Shown piece by piece: positions 20,125-30,373 of a stretch of DNA of 52,958 bases. Position numbers and translations under genes: made by a program. Location of the stretch: UHGV virus genome UHGV-0074814. The stretch is one strand, 5' to 3'. Each line of letters opens with the position of its first letter. Positions within the stretch are counted from its first letter, which is position 1. The notes below the pieces were generated by a model, which saw only the letters and a program-made list of their open reading frames with translations, did not search any database and was not told where the DNA came from. Source of the DNA: a virus.

Positions 20125-20306
20125 TATTTACCTCCGCCGACAGACGACTGTGTACGGTCGAGATATCGCGCCACCAGCCACGACCAGAACAGGCACAACG
20201 CCCCGGCAACAACAAACCCCGCCGGGGGATAAATCAGCCAGGCACCATACGCCAGCAAAAGCGCCCCCAGCACGCCCACCAGAGGCGCGAGAATCAGCAT
20301 GATCAT
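20124..20306 (-). CDS. small membrane protein (hypothetical)
   Basis: 60 aa, strongly hydrophobic, wedged between terminase and portal. Confidence 0.3.
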
Positions 20307-20317
20307 AATTACCTCAG

Positions 20318-22051
20318 TTAAAGCGAGCGGATCCCATAGGACTCAATGTGGTCAGACAGCGTGTCTTCTTTCTCGTACAGCATGGCTCTGCCAACCGCCA
20401 TAATCAGCGCAACTGCACCATCGATTTTGTTTTCCGCCTGCTCTTTGACGGGCTTCACCACATCATCGTTACCCGGAATGGTTTTGCCGACCACGTTGCC
20501 GATACACCAGGTCATGATGGGATTGCCATCATGATGAAAGCGCCCCGATTCAATTGCCGCTTCCAGCTCTTTCATCGGGTCGGACATGTTGGTGTAGTTC
20601 TGAATGATAGTGATGGGGTTCAGGTCTTCATCAGCAAGGTCATGTGACAACCCGGTCGCCCCGAAGGGGTCGATGGGTGACTCACTGACCGGGCTGATTT
20701 TGTTCGCCGCTTTGGCCTCCTCGAGGATGTAGCGATAATCCACCTCCGCACCATCGGTAACGGTCAGAACGCCCATTTCCACCCATTTCTGAAAGCGTTC
20801 GGCTGTCCGTCGATCTTCATTTTTCTCGACGCTGTACACCGTGTCATACGGTACCCAGAAACGCGGGGCCACACTGTAGTAATGCGTTTTACCGTCAATC
20901 TCGCGGGTATAAAGTCGCGCCATGCTGTTCATATCCAGCTTACGCGCCAGGTCAAAGGCCAGAATGCACGGCTGCCCCTCGAACTGCTCAAGGGTCAGTG
21001 ATTTATCCTCGCAGCTCTGCCAGCTCACCAGGTTGAAATACGCCGAACGCGCCGACACCCAGATATTGAGGTGTTTTGTTTTAAAGACGTTTGCCAGACG
21101 GGCGTTATTTTTCGCACGCTGCTGCTGACTTAACAAAAATTCGCGATAAACCGACACGCCAATATTCGGGTTAGCTTTTTCCAGCACCTGCGGGTCAGTC
21201 CAGTCATCGCCTTCGTCAACGGTATAGATGATCCCGAACAGTTCATCGTTGGGTACCGACCCGTTGAGCATCTCGATAACTTCCCGTCGCTTGTCGTAGC
21301 ACGGCCCCTCAATGTTGTACCCGGCAGTAGTAATGGCCCACATCAGTGGCTGACGTCGCGCCCCCATCCCGGTAAGCATCGTGGTGTAAAGCGCATCGGT
21401 GGCGTGCTCGTGATATTCATCCACCACCGCACAGTGGGGTGATGAACCATCACCGGGGTTACCGATCAGCGGTTCAAACCGCGCGCCATCCTCCGGACGA
21501 TTCATGTTTGAGGCGTTAACCTCAATCCCGAACGCTTCCGTCAGCATGGGTGTGCGTTTACACATCAGTCTTGCCGGACGAAAGACTTCCCATGCCTGTT
21601 TCTCCGTCGTGGCACCGGAATACACTTCCGCGCCGAACTCGTTATCACAGGCAAAACAATACAGGGCGACACCGGCAGAGATTGCTGATTTGCCGTTCTT
21701 ACGGGGGATTTCGGTATACACCTCCCGGAAGCGGCGCAGCCGGGAGCCTTTATTGACCCAGCCAAACGCGCAGCAGATCACAAAGAGCTGCCACGGCTCC
21801 AGCGTGATGGGCATCCTCTTGAATGCCCACTCACCCTTGGTGTGCGGCAACAGCTGAATAAATTTGGCGGCCCGTTCAGCCAGGTCCTTGTCGAAGCGGT
21901 AACGAAACGACTTACTTTTTTCCGCCATCAGGTCATCAAGATGGCGCTGGCAGGCCTGAATCACAAACTGGCAGGCCACAATCTTTCCGCGCACGACATC
22001 CCGGGCATACTGATTGGCAGCATTTACGTTGGGGTAAGATTTCCGGCTCAT
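20318..22051 (-). CDS. terminase large subunit
   Basis: 577 aa; position downstream of small subunit and HNH gene, upstream of portal. Confidence 0.8.
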
Positions 22052-22551
22052 GATTCGATGATTTTCAGAAACGGGTTAGTGGCTTTCTTCTGCCCCGCCA
22101 GGCCAATCAGACGCTGGCGGCTGCTGGGGTCGAGTCCGAGCATTGCCCCCGTGCTGCTCATCTCGGACTCCTGTTCTTTTTTGGCTGTCAGCTCCGGATT
22201 TTTGACCCTGCCGCCCATTGCGCCGGTGATGGTGTTGCCCTGTATGGCAATATTTTTCACAGCACGTCGCCAGAACTCATAGGCCACGCACCACCGCTCA
22301 AGCACCGCGAGGTCAGTCACGCACAGCAGGCCCTGACCGCAGAGTTCTTTGGTTGTCAGTTGCCACATGATCGTGGCGAGAGGGAGATCTTCTTCAGCGA
22401 ACCACTCCGGTGGCTCAACACCTTTGATGGGCGTAAAAACAGGTTCATCTTTGTTCAGGGCTCGCTTGCCGGGATTTCCGGCCAGCGCCTTGCGCGCCGT
22501 TGGCTTGGGGCGACGCCCGGAACGCCCCGCCGTTCCAGCCATATGCGGCAC
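22048..22551 (-). CDS. terminase small subunit
   Basis: 167 aa overlapping start of large subunit gene. Confidence 0.6.
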   Translation of the reverse strand: MPHMAGTAGRSGRRPKPTARKALAGNPGKRALNKDEPVFTPIKGVEPPEWFAEEDLPLATIMWQLTTKELCGQGLLCVTDLAVLERWCVAYEFWRRAVKNIAIQGNTITGAMGGRVKNPELTAKKEQESEMSSTGAMLGLDPSSRQRLIGLAGQKKATNPFLKIIES

Positions 22552-22667
22552 TCCTGGTTAAATTTCATTTTTCGCGGGTATAAAAAAACGATGGGGCGGG
22601 CAGTCCGGAAGACGTCAGGCCGCAGGGATTTGACCCGCCCCTCCCCTCAGGCAGTTGAGAATCATTA

Positions 22668-23018
22668 TCACTTCAACCGTTCACGGGCCGTCTTCGCCTT
22701 ATGACACGGCCAGCACAGACTCTGCAGATTACAGTCGGCATCAGTGCCGCCATGCGATTTAGGGATGATGTGGTCAACGGTCTTCGCCTCACGCACCACA
22801 CCAGCACGCAGACATAACTGACACAGGCCTTTGTCACGCTTCAGGACACGCGCGCGGATACTGTCCCACTTCGAACCGTAGCCGCGCTGATGACGGGATT
22901 GTCCAGGTTTGTATTGCTTCCAGCCTTCGCTTTTGTGGCTTTCGCAGTAGCCTGAAGGGTCCGTGGTTGTAGAGCGGCAGCCGCGAACACGGCAGGCTTT
23001 TGGGGTTCGTGGGGGCAT
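22668..23018 (-). CDS. HNH endonuclease (terminase-associated)
   Basis: Cys-rich with TVDHIIPKSHGG and CxxCH motifs typical of HNH; immediately upstream of terminase genes. Confidence 0.7.
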   Translation of the reverse strand: MPPRTPKACRVRGCRSTTTDPSGYCESHKSEGWKQYKPGQSRHQRGYGSKWDSIRARVLKRDKGLCQLCLRAGVVREAKTVDHIIPKSHGGTDADCNLQSLCWPCHKAKTARERLK

Positions 23019-23542
23019 ATGTACTCCAATGAAGAAACCAGCGAAATAGCTGCCTTCATTCGTAGTAAACCTTTTTCATCAACGCAGTAATGGATTCTTT
23101 GAAGAGTCGCAATCAATACAACTCACTAATGGAGAGACTTGTCTCACGCATGAGACAAATTTCCCGTTTGAATTAATGGACACTATAGAGGGACAGAATG
23201 CCTTCCTCACTCGAATCACATCAATTAAGGAAGTTCAACATGTTTCATTCCACAAGTCATCAGGCTGTAATTATGGCAGCATCAGTTTGTGCCACAGACC
23301 TTTTCCGCTTCACTTTGAGCCTGATTCATTTCTACCTGACCGGCTCGCTTCTATCTTTTTAATCCCCGCTTTATCCAAATTGCATTGCCAGAATGCCGAC
23401 AACAGACTGACATTCAAATCCTGACTACCTCCAATAGTCTGACCGTACACCTATATAGTTTTAATTTTCATCAATCCATTTAACTATCGTTTAATTGTTG
23501 TCACATAGGATTCTGCCGTTTTTAACAATGCAGGATAATAAG

Positions 23543-23836
23543 ATGAAAAAAATGTTGTTTTCTGCCGCTCTGGCAATGCTTATTACAGGATGTGCTCAAC
23601 AGACGTTTACTGTTGGAAACAAACCTACAGCAGTAACACCAAAGGAAACCATCACCCATCATTTCTTCGTTTCGGGAATTGGGCAGAAGAAAACTGTCGA
23701 TGCAGCAAAAATTTGTGGTGGTGCAGAAAATGTTGTTAAAACAGAAACCCAGCAAACATTCGTAAATGGATTGCTCGGTTTTATTACTTTAGGCATTTAT
23801 ACTCCGCTGGAAGCGCGTGTGTATTGCTCACAATAA
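23543..23836 (+). CDS. bor: Bor-family lipoprotein (serum resistance protein)
   Basis: MKKMLFSAALAMLITGCAQ lipobox signal and near-identity to lambda Bor as recalled; opposite strand to lysis genes as in lambda; SD AGGA. Confidence 0.8.
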   Translation: MKKMLFSAALAMLITGCAQQTFTVGNKPTAVTPKETITHHFFVSGIGQKKTVDAAKICGGAENVVKTETQQTFVNGLLGFITLGIYTPLEARVYCSQ

Positions 23837-23867
23837 TTGCATGAGTTGCCCATCGATATGGGCAGCT

Positions 23868-24329
23868 CTATCTGCACTGCTCATTAATATACTTCTGGGT
23901 TCCTTCCAGTTGTTTTTGCATAGTGATCAGCCTCTCTCTGAGGGTGAAATAATCCCGTTCAGCGGTGTCTGCCAGTCGGGGGGAGGCTGCATTATCCACG
24001 CCGGAGGCGGTGGTGGCTTCACGCACTGACTGACAGACTGCTTTGATGTGCAACCGACGACGACCAGCGGCAACATCATCACGCAGAGCATCATTTTCAG
24101 CTTTCGCATCAGCTAACTCCTTCGTGTATTTTGCATCGAGCGCAGCGACATCACGTTGGCGCACCTGCATGTCAGTAATTGTCGAGTTCGCCAGCTTCAG
24201 TTCTCTGGCATTTTTGTCGCGCTGGGCTTTGTAGGTAATGGCGTTATCACGGTAATGATTAACCGCCCATGACAGACAGACGATGATGCAGATAACCAGA
24301 GCGGAGATAATCGCGGTTAATCTGTTCAT
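23868..24329 (-). CDS. spanin inner-membrane subunit Rz
   Basis: Near-identical to lambda Rz as recalled; follows endolysin gene. Confidence 0.85.
   Translation of the reverse strand: MNRLTAIISALVICIIVCLSWAVNHYRDNAITYKAQRDKNARELKLANSTITDMQVRQRDVAALDAKYTKELADAKAENDALRDDVAAGRRRLHIKAVCQSVREATTASGVDNAASPRLADTAERDYFTLRERLITMQKQLEGTQKYINEQCR
23927..24109 (-). CDS. spanin outer-membrane lipoprotein Rz1 (embedded in Rz, alternative frame)
   Basis: Embedded ORF with lipobox VVVGCTS and proline-rich C-terminus, as in lambda Rz1. Confidence 0.75.
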   Translation of the reverse strand: MRKLKMMLCVMMLPLVVVGCTSKQSVSQCVKPPPPPAWIMQPPPDWQTPLNGIISPSERG

Positions 24330-24802
24330 ACCTCAATCTCTCTGACCATTCCGCCCGCTTCTTTGAATTTTGCAATCAGGCTGTCAGCCTTATGCTCGAA
24401 CTGACCATAACCAGCGCCCGGCAGTGAAGCCCAGATATTGCTGCAACGGTCGATAGCCTGACGAATATCACCGCGATCAATCATCGGTAAAGCGCCACGC
24501 TCTTTAATCTGTTGCAGTGCCACAGCGTCCTGGCTTTTCGGAGAGAAGTCTTTCAGGCCAAGCTGCTTGCGGTAAGCATCCCACCAGCGTGAAAGAAGTT
24601 GATAACGGCCTGCAGCTGTTGATTTGAGTTTCGGGTTTAGCGTGACAAGTTTGCGAGGGTGATCGGAGTAATCAGTGAAGAGTTCTCCACCGACAATAAC
24701 GTCATAACCGTGGTTACGTGTCGGTTGTCGCCCGTTATCCGTTCCCTCTGACCATGCCACCATATCCAGGAAAGCTTTACGCTGGGAATTTAGTACCTGC
24801 AT
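24326..24802 (-). CDS. endolysin (lambda R-type lytic transglycosylase)
   Basis: Sequence nearly identical to lambda R as recalled ([20 protein letters not shown] ...). Confidence 0.85.
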   Translation of the reverse strand: MQVLNSQRKAFLDMVAWSEGTDNGRQPTRNHGYDVIVGGELFTDYSDHPRKLVTLNPKLKSTAAGRYQLLSRWWDAYRKQLGLKDFSPKSQDAVALQQIKERGALPMIDRGDIRQAIDRCSNIWASLPGAGYGQFEHKADSLIAKFKEAGGMVREIEV

Positions 24803-24805
24803 AAA

Positions 24806-25132
24806 TTACTCCTTAGAGCCACCAAACTTGTTACCGATTACTCTCATTGCAGCCCCACGAATAGCATCAACACCGATCAGCCCCACCCCACCACCAATGG
24901 CAACAGATAGTGATTTAGGCCATCCGACATACTCAAGAGCGGATGCAAAAGTCAGCGTCAGAGCGCCACAGAGTAGAATTTCGAGTGTTTTTCGCTTCCA
25001 GCCGCCACCACCGCCAAAATAGGCAATACGTAAACCAGCCATAACAATCGACATAATCACTGCGCCCAGCGGTGTGTCTCCACGCCACCAGCTCTGGACC
25101 AACTCCAGCCATGTATTTGGGTTATGAGGCAT
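24806..25132 (-). CDS. holin (putative)
   Basis: 108 aa with hydrophobic helices and charged C-terminus, immediately upstream of endolysin. Confidence 0.6.
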   Translation of the reverse strand: MPHNPNTWLELVQSWWRGDTPLGAVIMSIVMAGLRIAYFGGGGGWKRKTLEILLCGALTLTFASALEYVGWPKSLSVAIGGGVGLIGVDAIRGAAMRVIGNKFGGSKE

Positions 25133-25283
25133 TTGTAGTTATCTCTCACCTCGCTGATACAGCAGGTGCAAATTGAGGAAACATCATGTACCGCAAATCA
25201 GAAGCGGAAACGTCAAAGAAGCCGAGTCAATGGATAACTGCGGGATAGGCTAGGACCAAGGAATCCCCAGACCCAGAAACGAC

Positions 25284-25306
25284 AAAACCCGCTCGATGGC
25301 GGGTTT
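25284..25306 (-). terminator. hairpin terminator upstream of holin (tR'-like candidate of the late operon)
   Basis: Stem aaacccgc/gcgggttt with 6-nt loop; on minus strand followed by TTTTGTCGTTT. Confidence 0.4.
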
Positions 25307-25350
25307 AAGCTGTGTGGCGAAGTGAGCACACTTAACAGATTACGATATTT

Positions 25351-25379
25351 TTTGCGTACGCGTTAGTGTTTTGATAGAA
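25351..25379 (+). promoter_or_regulatory. candidate sigma70 promoter for the cargo cassette
   Basis: TTGCGT (25351-25356), 17-bp spacer, TAGAAT (25374-25379), 44 bp upstream of the ATG at 25424. Confidence 0.3.
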
Positions 25380-25423
25380 TTTTCAGCCACATAAAAATTC
25401 ATTCTTATAATTCGGGATATATA

Positions 25424-26599
25424 ATGGATATAACTTGTTTAGAATGTGGCAATGTTCTTGACGACCCAACTGTAGCTTGCGATAAATGCGGTGCCACGCC
25501 TCATGTTGTAGTGCTGGGCAAACAATCGTACTTTCCTATTGGTGCTGTAACAGCAAATCTTGAAAAAAATGATTCAAGAGCATTTGATTATCGATTAGGT
25601 GAAGTTTGGGATCTAAAAAATGAAGTCACATCTGAATTCATAACCAGAATTGAGAAAAAATTTAGCCGAAAAAACAAATTTCATAACTTCCTAGACTCAG
25701 ATCACAACCCTTCATCCATTCCTACGATCCTAAAAAAATACATTAATAAAAATAATGAATTCATTGATTTATCTAGAGCTATAATAGAGAAGCTTAAACA
25801 TAATGCTAATAACGAATCGAGAGTTGCCCAACTTCAGGGGGGGAGCGTTGTTTTCATCCACTATAAGTCTACCGAACCAGAGGATTTGGGGAAACTTCTA
25901 ATCGTAATGGTTGATAAACAAAGCGCCTATGACTTTGATTCGGATAAGTTGACCCCAACAAGATTAAATCCAATTAATACCGATGCCTTACGGCAGGCTG
26001 CGATGTTCGATTTAACTTTATTCGAAGCCAGTTATCCAGAAAACAAGGGTGACTCATATGTACATTTCTTGCAAGGTAAATCTAAAAGCGATTTTTTCAA
26101 AGACTCATTAGGTTGCCGACATGATTCGGACAATAAAAGAAGCATTCAGCAATTATTCAGTGCTATAGATATTTTTGCTAGTAAAAACTCACTCGGTCGT
26201 GTACTGCGTGATACTATTGACAATGAAGTTAAATCCTTACTGGAAAAAAAATCAAAAGATAAACACGGAAATAAGTCCGTTAAGATAGAGGATATTTCAA
26301 AAATAATTGACTCATGCCTGACTGATTCACACAAATGTAAGGGAACGTTTGTCGATTTTGTTAATCTTAATGGTTTCCAGATTGACCCTCAATTTGAACC
26401 AACTCCTAAAGCAGCTGAAAGCGCGCTTACAATTGAAGTGGCAGATAACGACAATAATTTTAAGTTGAAAATAATGCGTGGAGCTATTGGAGACGAAAAG
26501 TCAAATAAGCCTGTAATTCTCACTGACAACAAATGCGAAATTGTGATAAAATTGAGTCAGGCAAATTATGATGAACTCAAAAGATATAGAGACAGCTAA
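25424..26599 (+). CDS. zinc-ribbon protein with NdpA/YejK-like (NA37 nucleoid-associated) domain; candidate defence component A
   Basis: N-terminal CLECG-N10-CDKCG zinc ribbon; central GGSVVFIHY...YVHFLQGKSKSDFFKDSLGC resembles YejK GGIVLFCHY...[23 protein letters not shown]; AT-rich relative to flanks. Confidence 0.5.
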   Translation: MDITCLECGNVLDDPTVACDKCGATPHVVVLGKQSYFPIGAVTANLEKNDSRAFDYRLGEVWDLKNEVTSEFITRIEKKFSRKNKFHNFLDSDHNPSSIPTILKKYINKNNEFIDLSRAIIEKLKHNANNESRVAQLQGGSVVFIHYKSTEPEDLGKLLIVMVDKQSAYDFDSDKLTPTRLNPINTDALRQAAMFDLTLFEASYPENKGDSYVHFLQGKSKSDFFKDSLGCRHDSDNKRSIQQLFSAIDIFASKNSLGRVLRDTIDNEVKSLLEKKSKDKHGNKSVKIEDISKIIDSCLTDSHKCKGTFVDFVNLNGFQIDPQFEPTPKAAESALTIEVADNDNNFKLKIMRGAIGDEKSNKPVILTDNKCEIVIKLSQANYDELKRYRDS

Positions 26600-26601
26600 T
26601 A

Positions 26602-27816
26602 ATGACAATTGCTGATGACTTATCAAGATTAGCGCAGATTATTAACGGAGCCTCAAGCAGAGTTGAGGGCTACTACACTGTCATAAGTCTTGAAGAAAGC
26701 ATTGTTATTGTAAATAGTTCTGAAATAATTAGACTGTTACAATCTATAGGTTATAAAAAGGCAACAACCTGCATCGAAAATAATGAAATTTGGCTAGATC
26801 GCCAAGCTTCATCTTGGGATGATGCTATAATTTATGAGAATGTTGAGTCTTTTTGGTCTAGAGTAAACACCCAAAACGCTCTTCCGAAAAATTATATCAT
26901 CGGAACGCCGTTAATACTCCCTACTTCTAAGAATGAAAGCATCGAAAAAATCCATATTTTCTTTATGTGGAAAGATATCCTTTCATTAATTTCTGATCAT
27001 CATAACAGTGACTGCTCTGTCTTATTTTTCACCAATGAAGACAAAAGTTATACAGTCGAACTCACGCATTTTTTACAATATAGCGAGATTAATCGCTTAT
27101 CGAACTCGTCTCTTAAATATGAAATTATAAAGGAGCTTCTCGACACAATAAAAATCAATGATTTACACAAAAGCGAGCGCAAGCTCGTTATACGCTCAGC
27201 CATAAACGAAGTATTTAAAGCAAATGGTACGTTCAATTTCTTTGACTTGCTTAACTCTACTGAACTCGTCAGGAAAAAATATGATGAACTATATGAGATT
27301 TACACAAAGAGGTTTTCTGTAAATAAAATTCTTAACGAACTCGATGAGAAAAATCTTGAGTTCACGAGTAAAATTAACGAATTCATATCATCTAATCAGA
27401 CAAAAGCATTGACTATTCCCGGTGCATTAATAGCAGCTGGTGGCTTAGTGAAGGCTAATGAAACAACCGAAGCAATATTGATTATCGCAGGACTTTGGAT
27501 GATAAAAAAAGTCAATTACATTTCTATTGAGATATTCAATGAAACATTCGACAACTTACGTTCTCGAGTGGAGTCCGCTTTCGATAAGTATTTAAAGTTT
27601 GAAGAAAATAAAGAAATCAAAGATAATGCAGATAGTATTAAGAGTAGCATTACAGGTTTGATTGATAAAGCTAAAAAAAGGATGAGAACTGTTAAATATC
27701 TCGCATCAGCCATGTTTTATGGAGGCCTTATTTACGTTGGATATAAACAGTTCCCAGTCTTTTTTGAAAAATCGGCAGTAAATCTATTTTATTTTTTATG
27801 CCATACTATAAGCTAA
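26602..27816 (+). CDS. membrane protein with two C-terminal TM helices; candidate defence component B (effector?)
   Basis: Starts 3 nt after the stop of the upstream gene; hydrophobic segments ALTIPGALIAAGGLV...AILIIAGLWMI and YLASAMFYGGLIYVGY. Confidence 0.5.
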   Translation: MTIADDLSRLAQIINGASSRVEGYYTVISLEESIVIVNSSEIIRLLQSIGYKKATTCIENNEIWLDRQASSWDDAIIYENVESFWSRVNTQNALPKNYIIGTPLILPTSKNESIEKIHIFFMWKDILSLISDHHNSDCSVLFFTNEDKSYTVELTHFLQYSEINRLSNSSLKYEIIKELLDTIKINDLHKSERKLVIRSAINEVFKANGTFNFFDLLNSTELVRKKYDELYEIYTKRFSVNKILNELDEKNLEFTSKINEFISSNQTKALTIPGALIAAGGLVKANETTEAILIIAGLWMIKKVNYISIEIFNETFDNLRSRVESAFDKYLKFEENKEIKDNADSIKSSITGLIDKAKKRMRTVKYLASAMFYGGLIYVGYKQFPVFFEKSAVNLFYFLCHTIS

Positions 27817-28167
27817 CATTGCTAAACAGCCATCAACAAACCCCATTGCAGTTTGCAGTTCCTTCCTAATTGTGCCATCAGAGCATTTTCTCTTCTTCGC
27901 AATAGTGCGTAATGAGATACCGATAACAAAGTGGGCGATGATGAGCTCATATTCCTCTGGTTTATACCTTCTCAACCGAGCCACACAACTGTCTATCATG
28001 ATGCCTTCGTCATCATCACACTGAATCCGTGACTTTTTGCCATGAGGTAAAAGTCCCTTGAAACCAGCCGCTATCGGCTGCCAGTCCACTCCGCTATTGT
28101 CTGAAGCAGCCCAAGCTCCCCAACGATCCATTACTTCATACATATCACGCATCAACTTTCTCCACAA
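27796..28167 (-). CDS. late-gene antiterminator Q-like protein (small Q family)
   Basis: 123 aa; position upstream of lysis region after DUF968 gene; family assignment from memory of small Q proteins (QuuD-like). Confidence 0.5.
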   Translation of the reverse strand: MWRKLMRDMYEVMDRWGAWAASDNSGVDWQPIAAGFKGLLPHGKKSRIQCDDDEGIMIDSCVARLRRYKPEEYELIIAHFVIGISLRTIAKKRKCSDGTIRKELQTAMGFVDGCLAMLAYSMA

Positions 28168-28169
28168 AA

Positions 28170-29165
28170 TCAGGCCAACACACCAATTGCCAGCGCACGA
28201 TCGATAAAACGAAATATCAACTCCAGCTGGGAGCCATACTTCTCTTCAAATGCCACGGTATCCGCATGCAGCTCGTCGTGATGCTTTCTGCACAAAGGCA
28301 ACACAAAGAGGTCATGCGCTTTTGTTCCCATTCCACCCTGACCGTGACCTATCAGGTGGTGGGGATCATCAGCAGGCTTTCCACAACATGCACACGGCTG
28401 TGTCTTAACCCAGCGCGTGTACTTTTCATTAACCCAGCGGCGACGTTTTGGGCGTAACATAAAAGACTCCGGCGACTCCGGATCCACTTTCAGCGCCAGC
28501 ACCTTTTTTGCCTTATCCTGGATGATGCTGGTGGCAGGAACCGAAGGCACAAGGTCACTTTCCCGGGTGACAGACGGCACAACAGGCTTTGGTAATCTCA
28601 GTGCCTTACGGGCTGCACTTTCCGGTAAGGCATCCGCCAGGTCATTACGAATCAGCCACCAGCACAGTTCCGGCATTGTCACAACGTGACTATCATCAAA
28701 ACCGAGATCCCGACGCACAACAGACAACACCCAGCGGGCACAGTTATCCGTTGCCATTGATTCCAGCCGTTCCGTGAACTGATCGCGCAGCTGGTTATCG
28801 CAGTGCCAGCACAGACGGATTGCGCCCGTAGCGTGTCGCATTGTTGTCATATTCTCGCTGTGCCAGTCGGAATGAGGCCACTGGCAGCCTTTTTCACGAA
28901 GTAACCAGCTTTCAAGACATTCCACGCCACCAGCACGACGGATCACTGCCTCATTGCGGAACACGGCCCGAACGGCAGGATCATCCGCCAGCGGTTGTGA
29001 TGCCGCCGGAACGGCACCACTGGCGAAAGATGAATAACGTTCCGGCTCAGGCTCCAGCAGGACACGCCCCTGCATAAACAAGGGCATCAGCTCTGAACCT
29101 GGTCTGAACAATACGATCCCCATACGCGGGGCAATTTCAGGGGTCAGTAGTGCTCTCACGGTCAC
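28170..29165 (-). CDS. DUF968 domain phage protein (HNH-like C-terminus)
   Basis: 331 aa; C-terminal CACCGKPADDPHHLIGHG...CRKHHDELH motif typical of DUF968. Confidence 0.55.
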   Translation of the reverse strand: MTVRALLTPEIAPRMGIVLFRPGSELMPLFMQGRVLLEPEPERYSSFASGAVPAASQPLADDPAVRAVFRNEAVIRRAGGVECLESWLLREKGCQWPHSDWHSENMTTMRHATGAIRLCWHCDNQLRDQFTERLESMATDNCARWVLSVVRRDLGFDDSHVVTMPELCWWLIRNDLADALPESAARKALRLPKPVVPSVTRESDLVPSVPATSIIQDKAKKVLALKVDPESPESFMLRPKRRRWVNEKYTRWVKTQPCACCGKPADDPHHLIGHGQGGMGTKAHDLFVLPLCRKHHDELHADTVAFEEKYGSQLELIFRFIDRALAIGVLA

Positions 29166-29166
29166 C

Positions 29167-29964
29167 TCAATGAACGGTATCGAGCAGCTTTAACAGCTCA
29201 GGGAATCGGGATTCGAAGAAATGCGGCTGCGTCTCGCGCGGATTTGCGGGACTGGTGATGTTCTTGCCGAACATGCAGCCTTTCGCCGTCAGCGACCAGA
29301 ATTTTTTGATGTTGTTAATCGCGGTACGGCTGTATCGTTCGCGCTGCTCGACGATCCCCAGCTTCACCATCTGGTGATATGCCTGATTAGCTGTCAGGCG
29401 GATACCATACTGCTTCAGCAGTGCACTCAGTGACAGCGTGGGGCGGCTTGAGCCATCAGGCGCGTCAGCAGGAGCATCAATGGCATAGCGCGGTGCCAGA
29501 TTCGGTAAGCCAACAGCCTCCTGGAGTTTCTGACAGGCTCCAAGCACTGAAGAGTTAGACAGATTTAACTCCCGGCGCATAAAGTCCAGCAGAATCACGC
29601 CAGCCTGCATCTTGTCAGCAGCCTGTCCGGATAATTTTTCAGGTGCGCTGGTTACCATGTCGAAAGTACGGATCACCTTCAGATGGAATGACGGGCTGAT
29701 CCACATTGCATAGGCATACACCAGTTCTTTGCAGACATACGTCCCCTGGTTATTTCCGCCACGAATAACGTTAACTGGCTCTATATTGACCGAGTTGCAA
29801 ATCTGCAACTCGCTTATTAAACGTTCAGTTTGCTCATTGCGGAGCCAGAATGCAGGCTTATGCTTATCCAGAGAATCGGCAGCCCTGTGCAGATCGTTCA
29901 GGCTGTAACGACCATAAGCATCACGACGAACTTCAATACCATCAATGACCATCAGATTATTCAT
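29167..29964 (-). CDS. KilA-N domain protein / antirepressor-like
   Basis: N-terminal MVIDGIEVRRDAYGRYSLNDLHRAA resembles KilA-N; position in nin-like region. Confidence 0.55.
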   Translation of the reverse strand: MNNLMVIDGIEVRRDAYGRYSLNDLHRAADSLDKHKPAFWLRNEQTERLISELQICNSVNIEPVNVIRGGNNQGTYVCKELVYAYAMWISPSFHLKVIRTFDMVTSAPEKLSGQAADKMQAGVILLDFMRRELNLSNSSVLGACQKLQEAVGLPNLAPRYAIDAPADAPDGSSRPTLSLSALLKQYGIRLTANQAYHQMVKLGIVEQRERYSRTAINNIKKFWSLTAKGCMFGKNITSPANPRETQPHFFESRFPELLKLLDTVH

Positions 29965-29983
29965 ACTTCGTTTCTCCTCTTAA

Positions 29984-30373
29984 TCAGGCGGCTGCACCCG
30001 CCGGTTTCTCGTACTTACTGATAGTGATCTCAACCTTCCCTTCCGGGATAACCGGTCCCCACTCCACCAGCATTCTTTTCACCTGACTGTCGTCTTCCCA
30101 CACCCCCGCGTGGGTCAGGGCGTCAAACAGCGCCTTGTTATAGTTGTCCAGATCGCGGATCCGGTTATCCGGAGGAAACAACACGATCTCCACTGAAGCA
30201 GGTGCCGACGTTGGTTTCGGCAGACGACGTAACTGCTCAACTATTGCTGCGCACGCCGCGCTCTGAAATTTTCGCCCCGCCTCGCTTATCAGGCTCTTAC
30301 CAGCAAATGCCCCTTTGTTGGGGTGTCGCCAGTACGTGTTCACACTGGGCGGGAAAGGAAGGATCAACTTCAT
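29984..30373 (-). CDS. rusA: Holliday junction resolvase RusA
   Basis: 129 aa with PPSVNTYWRH and RDLDNYNKALFDALTHAGVWEDDSQV motifs matching RusA. Confidence 0.8.
   Translation of the reverse strand: MKLILPFPPSVNTYWRHPNKGAFAGKSLISEAGRKFQSAACAAIVEQLRRLPKPTSAPASVEIVLFPPDNRIRDLDNYNKALFDALTHAGVWEDDSQVKRMLVEWGPVIPEGKVEITISKYEKPAGAAA

Noticed and set aside
23176-23424. 82-aa plus-strand ORF in the HNH-bor gap
   Set aside because: Lies in the putative cos region, no SD, product not protein-like.
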